In this document: piece by piece, positions 55,201-61,902 of the stretch
How the letters are laid out: every line of letters starts with the position of its first letter
Numbering within the stretch: position 1 is the stretch's first letter
NCBI GenBank assembly: GCA_964644245.1
Contig: CAZXUR010000003.1
Location: forward strand, 16,585-80,584
From: an uncultured archaeon
GTDB lineage: Archaea; Aenigmatarchaeota; Aenigmatarchaeia; CAZXUR01
Reading direction: 5' to 3'
Length of the DNA: 64,000 bases
The notes under the pieces: generated by a model
Databases searched by the model: none
Told to the model about the DNA's origin: nothing
What the model saw: only the letters and a program-made list of their open reading frames with translations
Translations under genes and position numbers: made by a program

Positions 55201-56755
55201 CACTGAAATAAATGTGACTTTGTCAGAGGAAATTTCTCCTTATCTGAGAATAGACAAGGAATACTTCGAACTCGAGGAAAACGAGATGGAATGGGTAAAT
55301 TTAGTCTTTGATGCTCCCAAAAAGGAGCCTGAAAAGACAATCAAAGGAGAAATTACTTTTGTGGGCAAGGACGTAGAAAGGAGCCTGGACCTTGTCATGC
55401 GTATAGTTCCGCCCAATTTCAAGGTAGATGTGTTTGTTCCACCTGAATTCAGGGAAGTGTACCCTGGTGACTCCATACTGGTGAATATCAGCCTTGAAAA
55501 CCTGGGGATACCCGAGGACCTGCCTCTGCAGTTCGTGTATTTTGTGGAAGACTGGGAGGGCAACCAATTTTACAAGGAAGAAGACACCATCACAGTCGAA
55601 TATGATTACAAGATTACTGAAAACATAACATTCCCTTCCAACCTCTCCCTCGGAAAATACAAATTGGAGGCAGACTTGTCCTACTACGATATGACTTCCT
55701 ATGACTATGAGAATGTGACAGTGGTTAACAGGCCGCTTACTTTTTACCTGATTCCCATACATTCAGAACTCAGGAATTATGTGGACATACCCTTTGACTG
55801 GTTTTTAATTTTGCTCCTGCTTTTGCTGGTCTTCTGTCTTTTGGTGATGATAGAGGCTCTGAGAATTCATCGGGAATCAAAAAGGAAAAAACAAGAGACG
55901 GGAACAGGAGGGCAGCATCTGCCAAACCTGTGGAAGAGGTTGGAGGACTTGTTGTACGAGGAGAAAATCCCGGACACCGGAAACCGGACCTATTTGTTTG
56001 GAGAAACACAGAAGGAAAAAAGAATCAGAAGACCGGTAGTGGCATTGATATTCGTATTTAACATCCTTTTCATCCTCCTTGCGCTTTTCTATTTCAATCT
56101 GGTTCCAATTGAGTTGGAAACCACCGGTGGCCTGGTCTATCGGAGCAAAGACCGTTTCATAATTGATGGTGTGGTGAATTATATATCGTACTCTTCAGGA
56201 AATCAAGACCTGGAAATGCTCAAGCAAATCCCGCTGGAACTGTGGGTTCTGGTACTTGCTCTGGTCCTTATCGCGTTGGTCTTCTTGATACTAAAGCTGA
56301 TAGACTGGGTTAAGAAAAAATTGAGACATTCAATAAGAGAAAAGGTAGATTCGGGGAAGGAGGTCGTGGATGTATTCCTGGACCTCATGGATTCCCATCA
56401 TTCTTCCAGTTTCGTTTTTGGAACTTCTACACGGTTGGCGCTGGCAGTACTACTACCACTTCTAATCTCGCCGGCGCCCTTACACCATTTTTCAAATTTT
56501 GCATTGGCACTGTATCAGATACTACCACTTCTAGTTCTCGGTGTGGTGTCAATGCTTTTCTATATTCAATCTTCACTTCGTCTGTATATAAATCTTCAAG
56601 AACCATTCTTCCAGTTTCGTTTTTGGAACTTCTACACGGTTGGCGCTGGCAGTACTACTACCACTTCTAATCTCGCCGGCGCCCCCAACCCATTCAGAAC
56701 TTGTTTTTCACAAAATTTGTGGAGTCTTTGTAGTCATCGTATCCCACTGGGTTGA
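52223..56755 (+). CDS. giant cell-surface protein (1510 aa): signal/anchor, FG-GAP-like Ca-binding repeats, Ig/CARDB-like domains, multi-TM C-terminus
   Basis: N-terminal hydrophobic segment; more than 60 NxS/T sequons; five or more repeats of YDI(D/H)GDGxxDMIAG...G(F/Y)TWNGSQW; GGGGGGSSEKK linker; CARDB-like VWVRNTGKNTEINV; three or more C-terminal TM helices; the extreme C-terminus reads through the 81-bp repeats and overlaps hjc by 62 nt, so the true stop is uncertain. Confidence 0.8.
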   Translation: MPKRAENDVFLTISIFFGILFLLLLVPPESVFQSSEWDGVLTVKETDVHLEFEQGLYSCSNDILVTTGRTAVEFQVYNQTFVNGKCKEFNVKIDSRPGKAFDSVLMIPHGDFVKDFFFLLEPTYHIYYRERAEPPVQVKNESKGKINVITKFTWRLEESSYISQNIQFEFNETEKLIEGNPAEIVVNWKWKNESIKEDFMECVYRNKNKCMEKFGDKDYRFDRKTGMLTSEEFFLGKQINTRDFMSDLNHLFESGMPLNPVTEHVHARSFDASKDSGRFKIFLRKGWKSGETIEIGFATTTFTLTALENNTRIGDSTPDFQFRVEGDYDGYEAELFINTTGDTMEGYGSVLVLNATDSNITANQSLSDGAYRWYVNATNSSATSQSDIQYFTVDTTPPTFEGNFTSPPSSSHYEYGAKYIFNISWEEEMTNCILEFNGTNYTMTQSPKWRASSLNTSLTSTGGSSSPAFYDIHGDGLVDMIAGTSGGDFLGYTWYNDQWHQNSSIISGLPDMGSSSNPCMYDIEGNEYLDMLSGNSLGFTKGFTWDGSQWNGNSTINSSIIDVGIYSSPMIYNIGNNDRLDLIVGNGDGRAWGFTWNGSEWIQNATVNKSLPDFGSDLELSMFDIDGNGVTDMIAGNENGDLLSFTWNGSQWTGNTTLNRSLMRMGNNTAPYIYDIDDDGLTDMMVGNLDGYFHSFTYHQYEYYLEFNDLRAGNYTWKVYGNDSVGNINTTDTWNYQIKRAPTETNLTLNGSDSDYTFDQYVDANFTVTLNATPANYYLNLTTNISGWEEVNGTSPLYNLTTTSDINIFNITGYYLGEENYTESSETHFATVRDSVSPSVDITGPSNNSNVYRILIVNVTLNDSGGEGIDKDNVYCRFDGYSWNNMTNNTGLVFNASINTSAYSDGDYILRINGSDLAGNSNTSYYHVVTVDNVNAPEPEGAVESDDSSGGGGGGGSSEKKYENFTAGYDLNVEIVSGSRRHGKVWVRNTGKNTEINVTLSEEISPYLRIDKEYFELEENEMEWVNLVFDAPKKEPEKTIKGEITFVGKDVERSLDLVMRIVPPNFKVDVFVPPEFREVYPGDSILVNISLENLGIPEDLPLQFVYFVEDWEGNQFYKEEDTITVEYDYKITENITFPSNLSLGKYKLEADLSYYDMTSYDYENVTVVNRPLTFYLIPIHSELRNYVDIPFDWFLILLLLLLVFCLLVMIEALRIHRESKRKKQETGTGGQHLPNLWKRLEDLLYEEKIPDTGNRTYLFGETQKEKRIRRPVVALIFVFNILFILLALFYFNLVPIELETTGGLVYRSKDRFIIDGVVNYISYSSGNQDLEMLKQIPLELWVLVLALVLIALVFLILKLIDWVKKKLRHSIREKVDSGKEVVDVFLDLMDSHHSSSFVFGTSTRLALAVLLPLLISPAPLHHFSNFALALYQILPLLVLGVVSMLFYIQSSLRLYINLQEPFFQFRFWNFYTVGAGSTTTTSNLAGAPNPFRTCFSQNLWSLCSHRIPLG
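56398..56478. repeat. 81-bp perfect direct repeat, copy 1
   Basis: cattcttccagtttcgtttttggaacttctacacggttggcgctggcagtactactaccacttctaatctcgccggcgccc; identical to copy 2 by eye. Confidence 0.85.
56603..56683. repeat. 81-bp perfect direct repeat, copy 2 (205 bp downstream of copy 1)
   Basis: Same 81-mer; the spacing is not a multiple of 3, so the two copies fall in different frames of the giant ORF. Confidence 0.85.
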
Positions 56756-57086
56756 AGTCGAATTTCTCCAGGTCCAGAAACATTATTTTTCTCTTCCTTC
56801 CTTTCTTCCTCTTGAATTTTAATATGAGCACTGGTTTGGCGCCGGAAGACTTGGCTGCTTTCTTCAATTCCTCGAACTGGTCTATTTCACGGTCGTAAAT
56901 GTAGAATTTTTTGCCGAATATTGCTTTGCATTCGATCAGGAACACCTTTGCCCCGCGTATGTAGACCAAATCGCAGATATTTACCTTGCCAGTCCCTGAA
57001 CCGCCGACCCGTATACAAACGCCCCTTTCGTTCAGGTACCCCTGTATTTCCCTCTCGAATTTGGAACCCGCCTTTTTGTTTGACAT
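56694..57086 (-). CDS. hjc: Holliday junction resolvase Hjc
   Basis: 130 aa; SKFEREIQGYL..., SGTGKVNICDLV, FLIECKA, PVLILKF align with the archaeal Hjc catalytic E..D..E.K core. Confidence 0.8.
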   Translation of the reverse strand: MSNKKAGSKFEREIQGYLNERGVCIRVGGSGTGKVNICDLVYIRGAKVFLIECKAIFGKKFYIYDREIDQFEELKKAAKSSGAKPVLILKFKRKKGRKRKIMFLDLEKFDFNPVGYDDYKDSTNFVKNKF

Positions 57087-57177
57087 GCCTATAGTTGGTG
57101 TTTTAGAATAAAAAAGATTACAAACCCCTATTTAAAGCTTTCGGTTTATAAAATTAACAGTAATGGGGATGTGATGT

Positions 57178-57699
57178 ATGAAAATTCAGAATTTGGTTGC
57201 TAGTGTAGATTTAAAGACAAAGATACCACTGAATGACATACTCACTGGTCTGGAAGAAGCTGAATACGAACCAGAGCAGTTCCCGGGTCTTGTGTATCGT
57301 TTGCAAGAACCCAGGGTATCCTCACTCATTTTTCAAAGCGGCAAGATAATCTGTCTGGGCAACAAGAGCAAGGCCAACGCAAAGAAAGCCATAAGCAAGA
57401 TTGTCTCCAGACTAAGGAAAATCGGCGTTTCTGTGCCCAACAAATACAAAATAAAGACGGTAAACATAGTGGTTACCGATAATCTGGGCAAAGAACTGGA
57501 TTTGGGAGAACTTGCGTTCCAGCTCGAAGAGAGCGAGTATGAACCAGAGCAGTTCCCGGGTCTGGTCTACAGGATATTCGAGCCAAAGGTGTCTTTCCTC
57601 CTGTTTTCATCGGGACGCATAGTGTGTGCGGGAGCAAAAACCATGAAAGACGTGAGAAAGGCTATAGACAAGCTAAAAAAGCGTTTGAAGAAGGTTTGA
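57178..57699 (+). CDS. tbp: TATA-box binding protein
   Basis: 173 aa; two direct repeats each with EYEPEQFPGLVYR. Confidence 0.95.
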   Translation: MKIQNLVASVDLKTKIPLNDILTGLEEAEYEPEQFPGLVYRLQEPRVSSLIFQSGKIICLGNKSKANAKKAISKIVSRLRKIGVSVPNKYKIKTVNIVVTDNLGKELDLGELAFQLEESEYEPEQFPGLVYRIFEPKVSFLLFSSGRIVCAGAKTMKDVRKAIDKLKKRLKKV

Positions 57700-57731
57700 A
57701 GGCTTAAATAATTTTTCTACATATATTTTAC

Positions 57732-59147
57732 ATGCCGTACCAGTATAATTTTCAGCAAAACCGTGATTACACCACACTATACATAGGTGTGGCGGCTCTT
57801 GTGGTGATTGCCCTGATACTGGTCCCGGGGATAACCGGTTTTTTCTCTGCTGAGGAGAACGAGACTACCATCACTACCACCACCGTAACCACTCTCGTGC
57901 CCACAAAAGCTGTGCTCAACCTTTCCACCCAAAAGTTCAAGGGTTTCGAGAAGAATTTGGAAGTGAGCGGGTTTGACGTGGAGATAACTCCGGAGGACAC
58001 GGACATCCTCCACGGTTTTTACGTGCAGGACGTTTACGTGAACGAGAAAATCAAACTTAAAGGCAACTTGCATGTGGGCAAACACGGTGTCTATTTGAAG
58101 TTCGATGAGGAAGATATGGAATTTGGCACTTATTTCAGCAGTTTTAACGTGGATTCGCCACAAAAGGTCTGGTTTTTGGGCAATGAAATGCTTCTCATAG
58201 ACAAGACCGGCAGTGACTTGAAAACAGGCAAGTCCTTGGGTTCAGCAGTTCTAGCAGAGGAACCGGTTGAGGTATTCGGACTCGACCTGGAGGCCTCTGA
58301 CATAGACGAGAGCAACGGGGACGTGAGAATCAAGCTTGACGGAAAGACGGCAGTGATAGATGAGGGAGAAATGGAAAAGGTTAAGGACTACTACGTCTAT
58401 GTGAAGAACATACAGGAAGCGTCAGTGGAAGTTGAGATATTCGAGGAGGATGACGAGATAAGAGACGGTGAGGTTTACAACGACTGCTGGGACTACTTTG
58501 TAGTCTCAGACTCTTTTGGCATCAGAAACAGGTGCGATTATGACGTGTACGATGAACTGGAAGTCGGAAACACCATGATTTACATGGACATAAGTCAGGT
58601 GGAGTCCGTCTTGCTGAAAGGAAGGATAAAGACCCGCGAGGGAAACTTGATGCTGGAGTTGTCCCTTTCAGATGAACTCTTCAAGACCAGTGACGGTTTT
58701 GAGAACCGTATTTTCATCCGAGACCACGACTATTGTTTAGACTTGGACTGTGACAGGGAAGTGGGCGACCTGTACGGGATAATGTTGCCCGGGTCGGCAG
58801 CCTATCGGAAGATAGACCATTCCGGCGACGAGATAACCATTTTTGAGGGAGAGGGAAGGATAGTTGTTGGGTTCGACGAGGAAGAAGAAGAAACCAACGT
58901 GTGGATAGAGGAGACCGGCGGCTCAAAGATAAGCGACGTGGAAGACGGTTACTATTCCCTGTTTGGCAGCAAGTTCATTGACGTGAATCCTTCCGGAGGC
59001 TCGTTTGAGGTAGAACTGGCCAACTCCCGCAGGACTTTTTCCTTGAAGGTAGGCAGGTTGACACAGACCAGCCGGACAAAGACACTGAAAGTCGGGGAGA
59101 CGGTCAATGTTGACGGTACTGAAGTGGGTCTTCGAAACTTGAAGTGA
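57732..59147 (+). CDS. secreted hypothetical protein with Thr-rich linker
   Basis: 471 aa; N-terminal TM/signal LYIGVAALVVIALILVPGITGFF, NETTITTTTVTTLVP linker, acidic beta-rich body. Confidence 0.6.
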   Translation: MPYQYNFQQNRDYTTLYIGVAALVVIALILVPGITGFFSAEENETTITTTTVTTLVPTKAVLNLSTQKFKGFEKNLEVSGFDVEITPEDTDILHGFYVQDVYVNEKIKLKGNLHVGKHGVYLKFDEEDMEFGTYFSSFNVDSPQKVWFLGNEMLLIDKTGSDLKTGKSLGSAVLAEEPVEVFGLDLEASDIDESNGDVRIKLDGKTAVIDEGEMEKVKDYYVYVKNIQEASVEVEIFEEDDEIRDGEVYNDCWDYFVVSDSFGIRNRCDYDVYDELEVGNTMIYMDISQVESVLLKGRIKTREGNLMLELSLSDELFKTSDGFENRIFIRDHDYCLDLDCDREVGDLYGIMLPGSAAYRKIDHSGDEITIFEGEGRIVVGFDEEEEETNVWIEETGGSKISDVEDGYYSLFGSKFIDVNPSGGSFEVELANSRRTFSLKVGRLTQTSRTKTLKVGETVNVDGTEVGLRNLK

Positions 59148-59178
59148 TTGTTTTAAGTATGCCCAATTTAATATAGGT

Positions 59179-59469
59179 GTGAGGACCATGATAGATGATT
59201 TGAAGGTCGGGGATACCAATGTCACCGTTGAAGGAACCGTGGTTTCCATGTCTGACATACGCGCAGTCAACACCAAATATGGCAAGAAGAAGGTGGCTGA
59301 CGCAGTTATCGAAGACAAGTCGGGTCGCATAAAGCTTTCACTCTGGGAAGACCAGATAAACATGGTGGAAGAGGGGGACGACATAAAGATTTCTCCCGCT
59401 TACGTCACTGAGTGGAAAGATGAGAAGCAGTTGAATCTAAGGCGCGGCGGACGCATAGTCGTTAAGTAG
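59179..59469 (+). CDS. small OB-fold nucleic-acid-binding protein (SSB/RPA-like)
   Basis: 96 aa; VEGTVVSMSDIRAVNTKYGKKKVADAVIEDKSGRIKLSLWEDQ pattern of OB-fold anticodon/ssDNA-binding domains. Confidence 0.6.
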   Translation: MRTMIDDLKVGDTNVTVEGTVVSMSDIRAVNTKYGKKKVADAVIEDKSGRIKLSLWEDQINMVEEGDDIKISPAYVTEWKDEKQLNLRRGGRIVVK

Positions 59470-59477
59470 GCGTTGGA

Positions 59478-60227
59478 ATGATAGACGTCCACTGTCATTT
59501 GGAATACATGAAGGACCCCCAACAAGTCTTACGTGGAATAAAAGAAAGGGACATGCGTATAATTTCTTCTGTGGCTGCTGTAAAACACAAGGACCAGGTC
59601 TTGGGTTACCGGGACAAGAATAAGGAATGCGTCTACTTGTCACTTGGTCTGCATCCCAAGGAAGCCGTTGGCATAAGCGAAAAGAAACTGGACAAGTACA
59701 TGCAATACATTTCTGACAACAAAGACAAAATAGTGGCCATAGGCGAGGTTGGACTGGATCATAAAGTGGTCAAGAAAAAGGACTTCGGAAGGGCCAGAGA
59801 AGTCTTTCTCCAATTCGTGGAACTTGCCAACGGCTTGAAACTTCCACTAGTCATACATTCCCGGAAGTCCACAGGCGATTGTCTGAAGGTACTGGGCGAA
59901 GCGGATGTGCCTGTGGTGCTGCACTGTTTCTCCGGCAACATGACCCAGTTTGGCGAGGCTCGCGAGCGCGATTACTACATATCCATCGCCACCAACGTGG
60001 GCAGTTCAAAAAATACCAAGAAAGCGGCCCAGAGAACTCCTATGGACAGGCTCCTTCTGGAAACGGATTCTCCCTGGCTGGATCCCAAGTCGGGCGAGCT
60101 GACAAACGTTCCCTGGAATATCCAATACTCCGCAGAACTAATCGCAAAGTGGAGAGACATGAAGAAAGAAGAAGTCTTGAAACAGACTGAGGAAAACGCG
60201 TTCAGACTGTTCAACCTCAAGCCTTGA
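59478..60227 (+). CDS. tatD: TatD-family metal-dependent hydrolase
   Basis: 249 aa; MIDVHCHLEY, GEVGLDH, HSR, ETDSPW motifs. Confidence 0.85.
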   Translation: MIDVHCHLEYMKDPQQVLRGIKERDMRIISSVAAVKHKDQVLGYRDKNKECVYLSLGLHPKEAVGISEKKLDKYMQYISDNKDKIVAIGEVGLDHKVVKKKDFGRAREVFLQFVELANGLKLPLVIHSRKSTGDCLKVLGEADVPVVLHCFSGNMTQFGEARERDYYISIATNVGSSKNTKKAAQRTPMDRLLLETDSPWLDPKSGELTNVPWNIQYSAELIAKWRDMKKEEVLKQTEENAFRLFNLKP

Positions 60228-61410
60228 ACCTGAGGATTCCACCTATGCCGCCCAGTTGTGCGAACTGTTTTCCTTCCTGCGTGTCCTGAGACACAAGTTC
60301 GAACTCACTCCCGTACTGTCCGGCTAGTTCTTCCAGGAATTCCACTATGTCCATCTCCCCTATTATGTCCAGCTTCTTTCCACATTCGGGGCACACCTGC
60401 TGGTCCTTGTTCCTTTCCTTGATGACCCGCTTCTCTGCGAATCCGCACTTGCATTCGATTTCTAAAGCGACCAGACCCGATTCTTCTGACAGGATTAGTG
60501 TCTCCACTGCTGACAGCTGTAGCAACCGTAGGGTCTCCTTGATGCCGTAAGTGGCCAGGCCAGAGTCCTTCTGCAGTTCCTTGAAGAAGCGCTTGAGAAT
60601 CTTCTTCTCTTTGGTCACCTCAGCGTCTTTCAGTAGTTCTTCCCCCCGTTCCACTGATTCTTGCAGTCCAACTTCCCCCGTGTAGGATGTATCAACCACT
60701 CCCAGAACATTGTCCTTGGTCTTCTGGGGCAGTTCATCCATCAGTTGTTCTTTGACCGGTCCGGGTCCTGAGACTATGATTCCTTTCAGTTTGTCTTCCC
60801 TTTTGAATATTTTTGAAGCGTCTTCCGCGGTGTCCCTGACGAACGTCTTCAGAAGGCCTTGTCTTACCCTTCCGTAACGTGCGGCTGATTGTCCTCCCGC
60901 ACGCGTCTTTCCGGGCACCATTGAGGACTTCTGTTTCTTGACCTGTATGCTTTTTCCCTTTAACAGTCCGATGGCTGACTCAGAACGGTCCATGTTAACC
61001 AGTCCGTAGACTTCCTCTTCTGTCACCACGTCCAGGAATGGTTGTAACTTGAATCTCTGGTCACACCAGTAGAGTTTTACCCGTATGGGTTCCGGTGGTT
61101 CCAGAGCCCACAACTGTACGTCCTGCTCGCCTTCCTTTTCAGAGACGTTTCCGCAGAATATCACCAAGCCGTTTTTGGGCGTTTTCTTATAAACCTTCAA
61201 GTGTTGCAGAATCTTCTCCAGCGCGTACAGCACGTTCTTCCTCACCGTTTTGTCCTTCACGTTTTGAGTGACTGACTGCTCCTGCTTCAGGAGCTCGACT
61301 ATTTTGTTCAGAGAGTAGCCTGCAGGTATGTATAACGATATCAGCTCGGTGTGCCTGCCTTTTTTCTCTTTCAGTTCCTTTATAATCCGGCGAAGTTTGT
61401 ATTTACTCAT
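60217..61410 (-). CDS. prf1: peptide chain release factor aRF1
   Basis: 397 aa; GGQ motif (RAGGQSAARY), YxCxxxF-like YWCDQRF, NIKS-region variant TQNVKDK, C-terminal zinc ribbon CPECGKKL. Confidence 0.9.
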   Translation of the reverse strand: MSKYKLRRIIKELKEKKGRHTELISLYIPAGYSLNKIVELLKQEQSVTQNVKDKTVRKNVLYALEKILQHLKVYKKTPKNGLVIFCGNVSEKEGEQDVQLWALEPPEPIRVKLYWCDQRFKLQPFLDVVTEEEVYGLVNMDRSESAIGLLKGKSIQVKKQKSSMVPGKTRAGGQSAARYGRVRQGLLKTFVRDTAEDASKIFKREDKLKGIIVSGPGPVKEQLMDELPQKTKDNVLGVVDTSYTGEVGLQESVERGEELLKDAEVTKEKKILKRFFKELQKDSGLATYGIKETLRLLQLSAVETLILSEESGLVALEIECKCGFAEKRVIKERNKDQQVCPECGKKLDIIGEMDIVEFLEELAGQYGSEFELVSQDTQEGKQFAQLGGIGGILRFKA

Positions 61411-61524
61411 TCACATACACCCCAGCCTAAGAAAAAGTCAATTGAACTCGCTCTTGTAAGGCATAAGAAGACTTGGTATACAGATTTAAATAGTTTTTTA
61501 AATTTTCAGGACTTATGAGAAAAC

Positions 61525-61902
61525 ATGGTCAAAGACAAATACGTGGGTGTGATTAGAGCCGGTGTTGAGGACGTTTTAATCTCGGGGTATCAACCCCGAA
61601 CAATGATTGAGATAGACGATGATTTGACAAAGAAGATAATCGTTCCTGTCTCGGTTGACGTCAGGGCAGGAGACCATATAGAGGCATACGTGGACCTTGA
61701 AGAAAACATCAAGACGAAGAGATACAGACCTCCCATTATACCTTGGCTAAAGAAGGTCAGGAGAGAATTAAAACCGACGGAATATCCGTTCAGGGTAAAG
61801 TTCTTCGACAATGGCAGGATATACAAGTCAACGTACGACAATGGAAGATACGTTGAGGGAGAAATCACATCTCAATCCCGATCTTCACAGGACCTGCTTT
61901 GA
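61525..61902 (+). CDS. hypothetical protein (125 aa)
   Basis: ORF between the divergent aRF1 and convergent valS; no motif recognised; 3' end overlaps valS by 38 nt. Confidence 0.4.
   Translation: MVKDKYVGVIRAGVEDVLISGYQPRTMIEIDDDLTKKIIVPVSVDVRAGDHIEAYVDLEENIKTKRYRPPIIPWLKKVRRELKPTEYPFRVKFFDNGRIYKSTYDNGRYVEGEITSQSRSSQDLL

Noticed and set aside
56398-56683. 81-bp repeats as a CRISPR array
   Set aside because: There are only two copies, the repeat is far longer than CRISPR repeats, no cas genes are present in the window, and the spacer is 124 bp.
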